Positions 1 through 9,911 of a stretch of DNA of 64,000 bases are shown here, in pieces (the stretch's first letter is position 1; each line of letters opens with the position of its first letter). The position numbers and the translations under genes are program-made. The notes under the pieces are model-generated. The model was not told the origin of the DNA, searched no databases, and saw only the letters and a list, made by a program, of their open reading frames with translations. Source of the stretch: an uncultured Chitinophagales bacterium (GTDB lineage Bacteria; Bacteroidota; Bacteroidia; Chitinophagales; BACL12). Where the stretch lies: positions 13,957 to 77,956 of the forward strand of contig CAYXBK010000015.1 in assembly GCA_964463165.1 (NCBI GenBank), in the 5' to 3' direction.

Positions 1-12
1 GTTTTAGAAAAA

Positions 13-612
13 GTGAAAACCCACACAATTATTTTCCTTCTTTCGCTGTTTGCGCTGATATTTGCCTGTACGAATCAGCCAACGCAATTTAAAAACACAG
101 CTTTGCCGGTAAGAACTGCATTCCCCGATCTATCAGTAAAAGAAATAATTGATTCTTTACAAATTGATAAAGACCTCATCGGTATTTACATCGATAAATC
201 CGAATACATTTTGCAATTGCGCTTCGATACACTTGTAATAAAAACATATCCGGTTGTATTGGGTGGTAATCCGGTAGATGATAAAAAAAGGGAAGGCGAT
301 AAATGCACGCCTGAGGGGAAGTTTGAATTGCGTGCACTCTATCCGCATAAAAAATGGAGTAAATTTTTATGGATCGACTACCCGACAGCAGATTCATGGA
401 AAAAATTTAATGCTGCAAAAGAAGCAGGAGAAATACCGGCATCATCAAATATTGGCGGTGAAATCGGTATTCATGGTGTACCAGAAGGAAAAGATGCAGT
501 GATCGATGATGGACAAAACTGGACGCTTGGCTGTATCTCCTTAAAAAATAAAGATGTGGACGAAATTTATGAAGTAGTGAAAGTGGGAACGAAAGTGGAG
601 ATTGTAAAATAA
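13..612 (+). CDS. L,D-transpeptidase (YkuD-domain) lipoprotein
   Basis: 199-aa ORF with a GTG start and a lipoprotein-type signal (LFALIFAC). IHGVP...NWTLGCISL matches the conserved His/Cys catalytic motif of YkuD L,D-transpeptidases. Confidence 0.75.
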   Translation: MKTHTIIFLLSLFALIFACTNQPTQFKNTALPVRTAFPDLSVKEIIDSLQIDKDLIGIYIDKSEYILQLRFDTLVIKTYPVVLGGNPVDDKKREGDKCTPEGKFELRALYPHKKWSKFLWIDYPTADSWKKFNAAKEAGEIPASSNIGGEIGIHGVPEGKDAVIDDGQNWTLGCISLKNKDVDEIYEVVKVGTKVEIVK

Positions 613-633
613 ACAACGCATAACCACAAACCG

Positions 634-1482
634 ATGCATATTCCGATTTCAATCACCTGTTTCGTATTCCTGTTTTTAAATTCCTGTGATGGAAATTTTT
701 CCATACAATCCATTGCAAATAAACCCACCCATCATTATCTGAATGAAGGTGGTTTAACGGTTGCGTCCCGTATTCTTTGTCCCGAAGGTTTTGAAAGAAT
801 GCAGGCAGATTCCAATTCATTTACATATTTTTTACGCCAGCTTCCATTGAAAAATTTTGAGGCTGATGTAAAAAAATTTGACGGCAATCCAAAAGAAACA
901 TATGTGCATGTCGGCGTAATTGATATGCCGGTAGGTAAATCAGGATTGCAGCAATGTGCAGACAGCGGCATCAGGTTGTATGCAGAATATTTATATTATT
1001 CGGGACAGTTTGAAAAAATACATTTCAATTTCACAAACGGTGAAGCATGCAGTTGGGTGCGCTATGCCGAAGGCTGGCGGATTGAAGTGAAAGAAAATGA
1101 AACGAAATGGTATAAAGCGGCGGAGCGGGATTACAGTTATGGTAATTTCAGTAATTATCTCGAACTCGTTTATATGTATGCCGGCTCCTATTCACTTTCA
1201 AAAGAAATGGAATTTGTGGAGATGCGTGATATCCGGCCGGGTGATTTTTTTGTGCGTCCCGGATTCCCCGGTCATGTGGAAATTGTAATGGATGTTTGTG
1301 AAAATAAAACAACAGGAGAAAAATTATTTATTCTCGCACAGGGATTTACACCGGCACAGGAAATTGAATTATTGAAAAACATGGATGCGCCGCAGATCAA
1401 TCCATGGTATCAGACAAATACCACAATGGTAATTACGCCACAAGCCGATTTCGAATCAAATCTTTTAATGCGTTTCAAATAA
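634..1482 (+). CDS. Secreted hypothetical protein (possibly DUF4846-like)
   Basis: 282-aa ORF with a hydrophobic N-terminus ending in Cys (FLFLNSC) and coding-like composition. The family assignment is from memory only. Confidence 0.6.
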   Translation: MHIPISITCFVFLFLNSCDGNFSIQSIANKPTHHYLNEGGLTVASRILCPEGFERMQADSNSFTYFLRQLPLKNFEADVKKFDGNPKETYVHVGVIDMPVGKSGLQQCADSGIRLYAEYLYYSGQFEKIHFNFTNGEACSWVRYAEGWRIEVKENETKWYKAAERDYSYGNFSNYLELVYMYAGSYSLSKEMEFVEMRDIRPGDFFVRPGFPGHVEIVMDVCENKTTGEKLFILAQGFTPAQEIELLKNMDAPQINPWYQTNTTMVITPQADFESNLLMRFK

Positions 1483-1513
1483 AAAAGCAGGACCGTGCTT
1501 CGTCCTGCTTTTA
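1481..1513. terminator. Bidirectional rho-independent terminator hairpin
   Basis: AGCAGGAC (1486-1493) pairs with GTCCTGCT (1502-1509) around an 8-nt loop. An A-run lies 5' and a T-run 3'. It sits between the convergent genes 634..1482 (+) and 1532..2800 (-). Confidence 0.8.
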
Positions 1514-1531
1514 AATAAATGGAATGTATAT

Positions 1532-2800
1532 TTATTCGATCACAATTGATTTTGTAACTGAAGTTCCGTCATGCACGGCAGTGATAAAATAGAGGCCCGG
1601 TGTAATATCGTTCAAATAAATACCGGTTAGTTTACTTGCGCCTGTTGCAGTATAAACAACTTCACCCAATGTATTCACGATTGTAATATCTGCGTTTTCG
1701 ATCTCAAATAAATTCAATGTAAAATTCCCATTGCTCGGATTCGGATAAGCAAATATTTCATTATGTAAAAACTGATCAGGATTTTCAATATATGCCTGGA
1801 TCATATCATCTCCATATCGTGCAAGTGTTCCTAATGTGGCGCATGCAGTATTTGAAAGTGTAACATTTTCAGACACCTGCGATGGAATAAACACAGTTGA
1901 ATAAGCAACACAGTCGCACCAATTATGCGGAATTGAATCAATTTTAAAAGATATCTGAATGGCCTCATCCGCATTAACTGCACCCGTGGCTTGAATATAA
2001 CCGCCTAATCCGTTCCACATATCACTCGGACTGCCCATTGAAAAATTACCACGTGATGCTTTTGAACGTGCATCGCCTGCAACATAACTTACATAACAAG
2101 GGGAAGCAACAGTACTTGAAGCCGCAACCATCGAATAACCATCTACAGCATATTGTTTTTTTACTTCATTTTTTGTGAGAAATGTTCCGTTTGTAATCTG
2201 GTCATTATCAGGGTCAACATTTCTTGCATAATATACATCTGTGAGCGCATCCCCTCCATTACATATATCTACAATGGTAACATAGGATTGTTTTTTTGTT
2301 GAATAATAGGTAGTCTGACTGATCGCTAAACCGAGATCCGCATTTGTTCCCTGCCATATATTTTTTCTGATTGAACCGCCATTTACATTTAATGTGTTTC
2401 CTCCTGAAAAATGCGCAGATGACGGAGTAAATAATCCAATGCGATAACAATACGGCTGGAGATTTCCATAAACCGGACCAGTGCCGATCTGAATTGCAAA
2501 TCCTTCTTCAGGGCTTCCCGGCATAACATAATCACCGCATTGTGTCGGTACTCCCACGTCAAATCCATCTTCACCCCAATCGTTTGTATAAGACAATGAA
2601 CCATCTATCGTATTATCGTGATACGTATCCGGAGCAGCTACCACCGCACCGTCGGCACCTGATGCATAAGTACCGCAATCAGATACGGCGAGTTCAACTC
2701 TTTTGCCTTTCAGATAAGAAACATCACCAACAATTTGCGCATTTATAATTCCTGATATTGTTAATGCACATAGCATTAATTTGATCGAAATATTTTTCAT
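1532..2800 (-). CDS. T9SS-secreted protein of unknown function
   Basis: 422 aa with signal peptide (ISGIINAQ). The C-terminal ~80 aa (YPNPSNGNFTLNL...GLYFITAV...IVIE) is a typical T9SS type A sorting domain. Confidence 0.8.
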   Translation of the reverse strand: MKNISIKLMLCALTISGIINAQIVGDVSYLKGKRVELAVSDCGTYASGADGAVVAAPDTYHDNTIDGSLSYTNDWGEDGFDVGVPTQCGDYVMPGSPEEGFAIQIGTGPVYGNLQPYCYRIGLFTPSSAHFSGGNTLNVNGGSIRKNIWQGTNADLGLAISQTTYYSTKKQSYVTIVDICNGGDALTDVYYARNVDPDNDQITNGTFLTKNEVKKQYAVDGYSMVAASSTVASPCYVSYVAGDARSKASRGNFSMGSPSDMWNGLGGYIQATGAVNADEAIQISFKIDSIPHNWCDCVAYSTVFIPSQVSENVTLSNTACATLGTLARYGDDMIQAYIENPDQFLHNEIFAYPNPSNGNFTLNLFEIENADITIVNTLGEVVYTATGASKLTGIYLNDITPGLYFITAVHDGTSVTKSIVIE

Positions 2801-2811
2801 ACAAATAAAGA

Positions 2812-3183
2812 TTAATAGTTAGAAAATGATTGATACGTTGTTGAGCAGCGAATGGATGTTGCATCCATATAGTCATTCCACTGTTCGATTGTCCAGACTG
2901 TTTTGCCCAAACGTTCAGGATATAAATACATCGTTGCGGTTTTTGCCGTAAAATCCACACTGAATGATACAAGATTGTTTTGAATGGAATTAAAAAATTT
3001 CTGAGCTGTGGGCTCATCTTTAAAATTCAATCCTGTAATATCAAACTGCACGGTTTTTTGTTGGAGCGTTTGATCTGAGATCTGAATTGAAAAATGATCG
3101 TCGAGTTTTACAGATTGCGAAAATCCCGAAACGGTTACAAGCATGGCCGCTGTGAGAAGCAGAGGTGTAATAAACCTTTTCAT
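2812..3183 (-). CDS. Small secreted hypothetical protein
   Basis: 123-aa ORF with signal peptide (LLLTAAMLVTVSGFSQ). It lies 11 bp upstream of the T9SS gene on the same strand. Confidence 0.55.
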   Translation of the reverse strand: MKRFITPLLLTAAMLVTVSGFSQSVKLDDHFSIQISDQTLQQKTVQFDITGLNFKDEPTAQKFFNSIQNNLVSFSVDFTAKTATMYLYPERLGKTVWTIEQWNDYMDATSIRCSTTYQSFSNY

Positions 3184-3463
3184 AATGATAAATTTTGAAG
3201 TTAAATGATTCTATTAGATATGGGTATGATTTTTTTGGTGGTGGTTATTTGTTATTGGTTAGTATATGTGAACCTGATATAGAAATTTTAGAAATTCATC
3301 AGACTGCTGATTTTCTAAAGCTATTGAATATGGAGTGGATTTAAAATTTACGCCTGCTATTTGAATTTATTCCAACATCACAAATATGCGGTTTCGCTTC
3401 AATTTTCAAAATACCGCTTTAACGGATTTCGGAATTGTTTAATTTAGCGATGCAGAAAACGAT

Positions 3464-3874
3464 ATGAAAAACATTATTTGCGCAGCTATCATTTTTCTTA
3501 CGGCAACAAGCCTGCATTCGCAGCAACAAAAGCTTGTTTTGCAGACAGATTCCATAATACCGGCGGGGCCGTTCGACAATGTAACCAATCAATTAATTTA
3601 TTCCGATTCAAGTGTTTCTACTTTTCTCATCTGGATTAAAACTGCTGTGCCGCTGCATAAACATGCCTGGCATACCGAGCAGGTAATTGTGCTGGAAGGA
3701 AGCGGAGAAATGCGGCTCGGAGAAAAGTCATTCCCTGTTCAGAAGGGGGACGTGATATTTATTCCTGAAAATACACCACATGGTGTGATCGTAACTTCAG
3801 AAATACCTCTTAAAGTAATAAGTATTCAGGCTCCAGAATTTAAAGGAGATGACAGGATTCTGATCAGCGAATAA
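3464..3874 (+). CDS. Cupin-domain protein, secreted
   Basis: 136 aa with a signal peptide. HKHAWHTEQVIVLEGSGEM...GDVIFIPENTPHGV fits the two-motif cupin_2 fold. Confidence 0.75.
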   Translation: MKNIICAAIIFLTATSLHSQQQKLVLQTDSIIPAGPFDNVTNQLIYSDSSVSTFLIWIKTAVPLHKHAWHTEQVIVLEGSGEMRLGEKSFPVQKGDVIFIPENTPHGVIVTSEIPLKVISIQAPEFKGDDRILISE

Positions 3875-3877
3875 TTT

Positions 3878-4807
3878 TTAATGCAGTAAACGTATACAAT
3901 GATCGAGCAGCTCTTTGATTTTTGTATCCCGCACATCCATAGAATGATCAAGTAAATTCACAGCTTCACGAATCAGAGACTGTACTTCAGGTGCCTTATT
4001 CAGATTTTCTTTTTGTACAAAGGAAGAAATATCCTGTATTGTGCCGATAAGTGATAGGCCGCCACTTTTTTTACTGAGTTGAATTTGTCCCTGGTTCGCT
4101 ACATTTTTTTCGATATTACCCGGCAGGATCAGTTTATACTCTGCAGTAAATTGTTTTCCTTTTTCCATCGAACCGCTGAGGGCTTCCTTCACTTTTTTCA
4201 ATTCATTTTCATCAACGTATTTTAAAAAATCATTCAGCGTTGGCTCAAACGAATTCTCTTTAAATCCGAGAATTCGGAATACCTCATCGCTCCAATACAT
4301 TTGATTCGTCACAACATCAAGTTCCCAGTTACCGATGCGGGCCATTTTTTGCGCTTCGAGCAAACGTTGTTCATTCAATTTAATGGCCTTCGCATAATTT
4401 TCGAGTTTGATCTGCAGCTGATGCCGTTCAATTGCATATAGAATTGTTCTGGACAAAAGGTTACTGTCGAATTGACCTTTTACAATAAAATCCTGTGCAC
4501 CGGCTTTTACCGAATTTAATGCAACGGTTTCATCATCGAGACCGGTCATCACGATTACAGTCTGCGCAGGAAATTCTTCAAGCAGGGTTTGTACGGTACT
4601 GAAACCCGTGCTGTCTGGAAGTGTAAGATCTAGCAATACAATTTCAAAATCCTGCTCTTCCATCATCAATAATCCCTTCTTCAATTCAACCACCCTTGTA
4701 ATATTGGGTATCATCATCGACGATTCATTGAGATAAATCTCGACCAGCTTGGCATCTGCGGGATTATCTTCAATCAGCAATACATTTATTTTCTTTCTTT
4801 CGTCCAT
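3878..4807 (-). CDS. Response regulator with receiver + coiled-coil + PAS domain
   Basis: N-terminal REC domain (LLIEDNPADAKL...LLDLTLPD...VKAGAQDFIVKG), followed by a PAS-like segment (ARIGNWELDVVTNQMYWSDEVFRILG). No DNA-binding or enzymatic output domain was recognised. Confidence 0.8.
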   Translation of the reverse strand: MDERKKINVLLIEDNPADAKLVEIYLNESSMMIPNITRVVELKKGLLMMEEQDFEIVLLDLTLPDSTGFSTVQTLLEEFPAQTVIVMTGLDDETVALNSVKAGAQDFIVKGQFDSNLLSRTILYAIERHQLQIKLENYAKAIKLNEQRLLEAQKMARIGNWELDVVTNQMYWSDEVFRILGFKENSFEPTLNDFLKYVDENELKKVKEALSGSMEKGKQFTAEYKLILPGNIEKNVANQGQIQLSKKSGGLSLIGTIQDISSFVQKENLNKAPEVQSLIREAVNLLDHSMDVRDTKIKELLDHCIRLLH

Positions 4808-4808
4808 T

Positions 4809-5267
4809 TTAGAATTTTGAATTTCCGGTGGTCGGTAATTTCACAACACCAAACCAAAATATCTGAATTTGTTTGATGACGTAAATAAATTGATCGAGGT
4901 CCACCGGTTTTGTTATAAAGCAATTTGCATGAAGCTTATAACTTTTTAAGATGTCCTGTTCGGCATCAGAGGTTGTAAGTATCACAACCGGAATCATTTT
5001 TAAAGGCTCATCATTTTTAATTTCCGCCAGCACTTCCCTCCCGTCTTTTTTGGGCAGATTGAGATCGAGCAAAATGAGGTCGGGCACCGGAATGCCATTA
5101 TATTTCCCTTTGCGGCGGAGAAATTCCAAAGCCTCTACGCCATCTTTTACAACATGTAAATTACTTTTGATATCACTTTCTTTAAGTGCTTCCTGTGTGA
5201 GTCTTATATCGCCGGGGTTATCTTCAACCAATAAGATATTTACAACATGGTCCTTTCGTGTCTTCAT
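4809..5267 (-). CDS. Stand-alone receiver-domain response regulator (Rcp1-like)
   Basis: 152 aa. [13 protein letters not shown]...[13 protein letters not shown]...HANCFITKP is a complete REC domain. The stop is 1 nt from the start of the downstream regulator. Confidence 0.85.
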   Translation of the reverse strand: MKTRKDHVVNILLVEDNPGDIRLTQEALKESDIKSNLHVVKDGVEALEFLRRKGKYNGIPVPDLILLDLNLPKKDGREVLAEIKNDEPLKMIPVVILTTSDAEQDILKSYKLHANCFITKPVDLDQFIYVIKQIQIFWFGVVKLPTTGNSKF

Positions 5268-5362
5268 CCAGAGCTAAGTAATAAGCTGGTAAAATAAATC
5301 CCCCCACCCCTCACGAAAATAGAAACTTATTTTGAATCGAAGTAAATGATTGTAAGTTTTTT

Positions 5363-6046
5363 TCAGTAGCTTGTAGAACCGGACGACATGAAAACGTATT
5401 GCACAAGGTTCGCTCCCATTTGCAAAGCTTTCTGCCGCACTTCTTCAGGATCTTTATGCACTTCAGGATCTTCCCAGCCATCACCGAGATCACATTCGAA
5501 GGAATAAAAACAAACTAATCTGCCTTCCCAGAATAATCCGAATCCCTGGGCGGCTTTCCCATCGTGTTCATGAATTTTGGGAAGCCCGTTTTTAAAATCA
5601 TATTTCTGATGATAAACCGGGCTGCTGAAGGGCAACTCGATAAAATCCAATTCAGGAAATACGGATTTCATTGCCGGTCTCACGTAAGGGTCCATTCCAT
5701 AATTATCGTCGATATGCAAAAACCCGCCGGCTATTAAATAATTGCGGAGATTTTGTGCTTCTTCCGCAGAAAATACCACGTTGCCATGGCCGGTCATATG
5801 AATAAACGGATAATTAAAAATATCGGGGCTCCCCACTTCAACCGTCGGCGGATCGGGATTTAAATTCATCCCCAGGTTTTTATTGCAGAATTGTGCAAGA
5901 TTCGGCAGAGAGGTCGGGTTTGCATACCAATCTCCACCGCCGTTATATTTTAATAATGCGATCGAATTTGTTGGTGCCGGCATGCGGAATGCGCCGCAAA
6001 TTAAAACGGCCGCAAGAATTGTAACTGCGCTCCTGATTTTTTTCAT
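5363..6046 (-). CDS. DUF4159-like secreted protein
   Basis: Start placed at MKKIRSAVTILAAVLICGAF (signal peptide). LKYNGGGDWYANPTSLPNL recalls DUF4159. The start overlaps the rsmE stop as ATGA. Confidence 0.65.
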   Translation of the reverse strand: MKKIRSAVTILAAVLICGAFRMPAPTNSIALLKYNGGGDWYANPTSLPNLAQFCNKNLGMNLNPDPPTVEVGSPDIFNYPFIHMTGHGNVVFSAEEAQNLRNYLIAGGFLHIDDNYGMDPYVRPAMKSVFPELDFIELPFSSPVYHQKYDFKNGLPKIHEHDGKAAQGFGLFWEGRLVCFYSFECDLGDGWEDPEVHKDPEEVRQKALQMGANLVQYVFMSSGSTSY

Positions 6047-6768
6047 GCGTTGAATTGATTCATTAATTTCACAAATGCACACGACAAGATTCCTGCTGTT
6101 TCCGTACGCAATCTGCTTTCACCTAATGTTGCGGGTGTAAATTGATTTGCAATAGCCAAAGTTATCTCTTCTGCAGTGAAATCACCTTCCGGCCCTATCA
6201 TTATAATCGCATCGTTTAACAAAGAATAAGATTTCACCAGGATTGCTTTTTCACCCGGTTGACAATGACAGATAAATTTTTGAGCAGAATTACCGGTTTG
6301 CGTATTTATCCATTTCTTAAATTCAACAGGTGGATTCAAATGAGGCAACCATGCATTTCCGGATTGTTTTATAGCAGCAATCAATGTCTGATTTAATTTT
6401 TCTGTATTTAATTTTCTTCTTTCAGAATTTTGTGTGATGAGCGGTGTAATTTCATCAATTCCGATCTCCGTTGCCTTTTCAAGAAATAAATCAAAACGTT
6501 CGGATGATTTTGTAGGTGCTATTGCAATATGTAAATTATAATTGCGCTCTTTTTTTTGCATTTCCTGCTGGAGGATTTTCACCAATACTACTTTTTTCCC
6601 CGTTTCAAGAATTTCTGCATCATATAAATTTCCTTTCCCGTCAACCAGCTTTATTTTTTCACCTGCAGGCAATCGCAGAACACGCATTACATGATGTGAT
6701 TCTTTTTCATCCAGTTGAATGGTTGATTCGGTTCCGATATGTTCTGCAAAAAAATAATTCATCTTCAT
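6043..6768 (-). CDS. rsmE: 16S rRNA (uracil1498-N3)-methyltransferase
   Basis: MKMNYFFAEHI...ESHHVMRVLRL...IAPTKSSERFDLFLEKATEIG...IGPEGDFT is the RsmE pattern. The start at 6768 overlaps the upstream gene's stop as ATGA. The longer ORF reaching 6867 is rejected. Confidence 0.85.
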   Translation of the reverse strand: MKMNYFFAEHIGTESTIQLDEKESHHVMRVLRLPAGEKIKLVDGKGNLYDAEILETGKKVVLVKILQQEMQKKERNYNLHIAIAPTKSSERFDLFLEKATEIGIDEITPLITQNSERRKLNTEKLNQTLIAAIKQSGNAWLPHLNPPVEFKKWINTQTGNSAQKFICHCQPGEKAILVKSYSLLNDAIIMIGPEGDFTAEEITLAIANQFTPATLGESRLRTETAGILSCAFVKLMNQFNA

Positions 6769-7565
6769 TCCATAATTAGTACCGGCCTGAATCCGATGAA
6801 AGGTGATGCACCATTCAAGCCGGCATATATGTCTTCTGCCGCAATGCTGATAAACACTTCCGTGCAATCCCAGCTACCACCTTTATGAGTGCCCGTCTGA
6901 TCAAGCATTTCGGCAACATTACCCGACATATTGTATAATCCAAACTTGTTTTTGCCAAATGATTTTACAGGTGCCATTATGATAGATTCTGAATTTTCAG
7001 GGCCGGTAAAATTAAAATTACCATTTAAATTATTTTTTTTATTGTGTAAACTGTTTCCTTCCCATGCGTATATATTTTCCGGATTTCCGCCCGAGGCTGC
7101 ATAGCTCCACTCATCCTCCTGCGGCATCCGCACAATACCTTTCACTCCGAGTGCATGATATTTTTCAGTCAGCCATTTACAATATAATTCAGCTCCCTCA
7201 AAGGAAATATTAACAACCGGATATTTTGCATAAGCGGGATGTAAATGATAATAATATTGGTAAGGTGTCATTTCGATTGAAAAATCAGTCCAGCGTGTTG
7301 AATCGATTTTTGCGATATTATAATCGCGGATCTGTTCGCGGGCAAGTAAATCGGCGAGAAATAAATTATACTGTTCATTTGAAATTTCAGTTGCCGAAAT
7401 ATAAAAGCCCTTCCGGATCACCGGATTAACATATGAAGTATTTTCACTTCCGGGAATCAATACAAAACCATCGGTTTTCAATTGATGCTCCAGTTCATTT
7501 CCGCGAAATGAGAAAGAAATAAATAATCCCGAAAAGATCAGTATATATCGGGTAATTGCGGTCAT
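6765..7565 (-). CDS. Formylglycine-generating-enzyme (SUMF1/FGE-sulfatase) domain protein
   Basis: 266 aa with an N-terminal anchor. YPVVNISFEGAELYCKWL...FGLYNMSGNVAEM...GGSWDC are hallmarks of the FGE-sulfatase fold. Confidence 0.8.
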   Translation of the reverse strand: MTAITRYILIFSGLFISFSFRGNELEHQLKTDGFVLIPGSENTSYVNPVIRKGFYISATEISNEQYNLFLADLLAREQIRDYNIAKIDSTRWTDFSIEMTPYQYYYHLHPAYAKYPVVNISFEGAELYCKWLTEKYHALGVKGIVRMPQEDEWSYAASGGNPENIYAWEGNSLHNKKNNLNGNFNFTGPENSESIIMAPVKSFGKNKFGLYNMSGNVAEMLDQTGTHKGGSWDCTEVFISIAAEDIYAGLNGASPFIGFRPVLIME

Positions 7566-7623
7566 CAGATGATTTCTGTTAAAAACGAAAACTGTAAAAT
7601 TATATTGCCGGCACTTTTCCCAA

Positions 7624-7650
7624 GAAAAAAGCCCGGATAATTCCGGGCTG
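7624..7650 (-). terminator. Rho-independent terminator of pckA
   Basis: AGCCCGGA (7630-7637), loop TAAT, TCCGGGCT (7642-7649). On the minus strand the hairpin is followed by a T-run (the plus-strand A-run at 7625-7630). Confidence 0.8.
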
Positions 7651-7670
7651 TCAAATTTCCTGCTATCAAA

Positions 7671-9284
7671 TTAAACTTTTGCCACCACCTTTGGAGCAGC
7701 TGCAAGAGTTTCTGCATTTGCTTTATCAGCATATTTTTCAAAATTCTTCACAAACTGCATTGCGAGATTATTTGCTTTTTCATCATAGAGATTTTTATTC
7801 TCCCAGGTATTTCGCGGGTCAAGCACTTCAGCCGGCACGTTTGGAACATACACAGGCATTTGCAATCCGAAAATATCATGCGTTTTATATTCAACCTTAT
7901 CGAGATTGCCATTTAATGCTGCGGTGATCATTGCACGTGTATACGATAATTTCATGCGGTGACCAACGCCGTACGGACCGGCGGTCCAGCCTGTATTGAT
8001 GAGCCAGATATTCACATTATGCTTTTGCATTTTTTCTCCGAGCATTTCGGCATAACGTGTAGGGTGTAGCGGAAGAAACGGTGCTCCGAAGCATGTCGAA
8101 AAAGTGAGTTGTGGTTCGGTGATACCCGCTTCTGTGCCTGCAACTTTTGCAGTATATCCGCTCAAAAACTGATACATTGCCTGGCCGGCTGATAATTTAC
8201 TGATAGGAGGCAAAACACCGAAGGCATCACATGTGAGGAAAAAAATATTTTTCGGCAAACCGCCCATACTGGGTGTCATGATATTATCAATGTACTCGAT
8301 CGGATAACTCACACGTGTATTTTCCGTTTTCGAAATATTGCTGAAATCAACGGTGCGTGTGCCGGGAAAAAATTCAATGTTTTCCAGAATTGATCCGAAT
8401 TTAATGGCATTAAAAATCTGCGGTTCGTTTTCTTTTGTGAGGTTCACGCATTTTGCATAACAGCCGCCTTCGAAATTAAATACACTGTCGTCTGTCCATC
8501 CGTGCTCATCATCGCCAATCAGTCTTCTGTCCGGATCGGCACTCAATGTTGTTTTTCCTGTTCCTGATAATCCAAAGAACACCGCCACATCATCATCTTT
8601 ACCAACGTTTGCGGAGCAATGCATGCTAAGCACTCCTTTTTCCTGCGGCAGCCAATAATTCAATACGGTGAAAATTCCTTTTTTCATTTCACCTGTATAA
8701 CCGGTTCCGCCGATCAAAATAATGCGCTTTGTAAAATCGATCATTGCGAAATTCGGCGATCGGGTTCCGTCAACAGCAGGATCCGCCTCAAAACCCGGCG
8801 CATTTATGATCAGCCAGTCGGGTTCCATCGTTTTGATCTCATCTGCCGAAGGGCGTAAAAACATATTGTTGCAAAACAAATTTCCCCAGGGATATTCATT
8901 GATGATGCGGATATTGAGTCTGTATTTGGGATCAGCACAGGCATAATTGTCTCGCACCCAGATATTGCGGGTGGCGAGGTAGGCCATTATTTTAGTGTAT
9001 AATTTTTCGAATGTTGCGCCGTCTGTCGGTATATTCACCTGATTCCAGTCTACCGTATTTTCAGTCTTAGCATCTTTCACAGTGTATTTGTCTTTCGGTG
9101 CACGGCCCCGGAATTTACCGGTATCCACAACCAAAGCTCCTGAATCTGCTAAAATTGAGTAGCCATTACTTATGGCATGCTCTACAAGTTCGGCCGGTGT
9201 AAGGTTCCAATATGAAGTGGCGGTATGATTGAGTCCTATTTTGCTGAGGCTTGCGGCGGGGTTTTTTATTCCGATTTCGTTCAT
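7671..9284 (-). CDS. pckA: Phosphoenolpyruvate carboxykinase (ATP)
   Basis: 537 aa with the ATP-type PEPCK kinase motif GLSGTGKTTLS and family-typical sequence throughout (FNFEGGCYAK, NTGWTAGPYG). Confidence 0.95.
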   Translation of the reverse strand: MNEIGIKNPAASLSKIGLNHTATSYWNLTPAELVEHAISNGYSILADSGALVVDTGKFRGRAPKDKYTVKDAKTENTVDWNQVNIPTDGATFEKLYTKIMAYLATRNIWVRDNYACADPKYRLNIRIINEYPWGNLFCNNMFLRPSADEIKTMEPDWLIINAPGFEADPAVDGTRSPNFAMIDFTKRIILIGGTGYTGEMKKGIFTVLNYWLPQEKGVLSMHCSANVGKDDDVAVFFGLSGTGKTTLSADPDRRLIGDDEHGWTDDSVFNFEGGCYAKCVNLTKENEPQIFNAIKFGSILENIEFFPGTRTVDFSNISKTENTRVSYPIEYIDNIMTPSMGGLPKNIFFLTCDAFGVLPPISKLSAGQAMYQFLSGYTAKVAGTEAGITEPQLTFSTCFGAPFLPLHPTRYAEMLGEKMQKHNVNIWLINTGWTAGPYGVGHRMKLSYTRAMITAALNGNLDKVEYKTHDIFGLQMPVYVPNVPAEVLDPRNTWENKNLYDEKANNLAMQFVKNFEKYADKANAETLAAAPKVVAKV

Positions 9285-9322
9285 TGCTTACAATTTAGGG
9301 TTGTTTCATCAATTAAGAGAGG

Positions 9323-9330
9323 CAAAGTTA
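9323..9330 (-). promoter_or_regulatory. Candidate Bacteroidota -7 promoter box for pckA
   Basis: The minus strand reads TAACTTTG, a perfect TAnnTTTG match, 39 nt upstream of the pckA ATG. A TTG (-33 element) lies 20 nt further upstream at 9351-9353. Confidence 0.55.
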
Positions 9331-9344
9331 AGGCAGAAATAAGG

Positions 9345-9371
9345 GGTTGTCAAGTTTGCATGTTGACAACC
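9345..9371. promoter_or_regulatory. Perfect 9-bp inverted repeat overlapping the pckA -33 element
   Basis: GGTTGTCAA (9345-9353) and TTGACAACC (9363-9371) are separated by 9 nt. This is a candidate operator. Confidence 0.45.
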
Positions 9372-9476
9372 ATGGTGATTTTCATCAAATGCAAAATACT
9401 AAAATGCAGGCAGCTGAGGGTGAAAAAATTCAAGTGAAAAGAGAAATGTATTTTATTCAGGTAAGAATCAACGCAA

Positions 9477-9767
9477 TTAAATATCACCGATCACTTTTAT
9501 GCTGTCATCTTTCAGGCAGGCACGCACGTGCTCCAGCGCTTCCTGTTCAAATTCAGTTATTTTCAATTCTTCAGTATAATCAGATTTTGTGTTTTCGATA
9601 CAGCCATCCAGATTATCCATAAGTTTGAGAGCTTCTTCTATTCCGATCGAATCCCGCACGTTTTGATAGCAAGTACAAATATCATCGGCAAATGCTTGCG
9701 GTGTTTTTTTCTGAGAACCACATGCAGCAATTATGCATATTAAAATGAGGGGCAGATATTTTGGCAT
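9477..9767 (-). CDS. Small lipoprotein, unknown function
   Basis: Start placed at MPKYLPLILICIIAACGS (lipobox). ~96 aa, Cys-rich. Confidence 0.5.
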   Translation of the reverse strand: MPKYLPLILICIIAACGSQKKTPQAFADDICTCYQNVRDSIGIEEALKLMDNLDGCIENTKSDYTEELKITEFEQEALEHVRACLKDDSIKVIGDI

Positions 9768-9911
9768 ATTGAATTTTGGGTAAAAGTAATGGTTTTGACT
9801 TAGCGTTGCCAAGCTATTTAAAAATAATTAATCACCCATATCCGGATTGTCAAAATACATTCTTATCGAGAGAACCCTTTTTCATTTCATAATGAATTAT
9901 TTTTTATAGAC

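Noticed and set aside
6769-6867. A longer RsmE ORF starting at 6867; likewise the DUF4159 extension at 6047-6082 and the 53813-53944 extension of the porin gene.
   Set aside because: The extensions overlap upstream genes or are Cys/His/Arg-rich nonsense. The internal starts give canonical N-termini or signal peptides, and ATGA stop/start overlaps.
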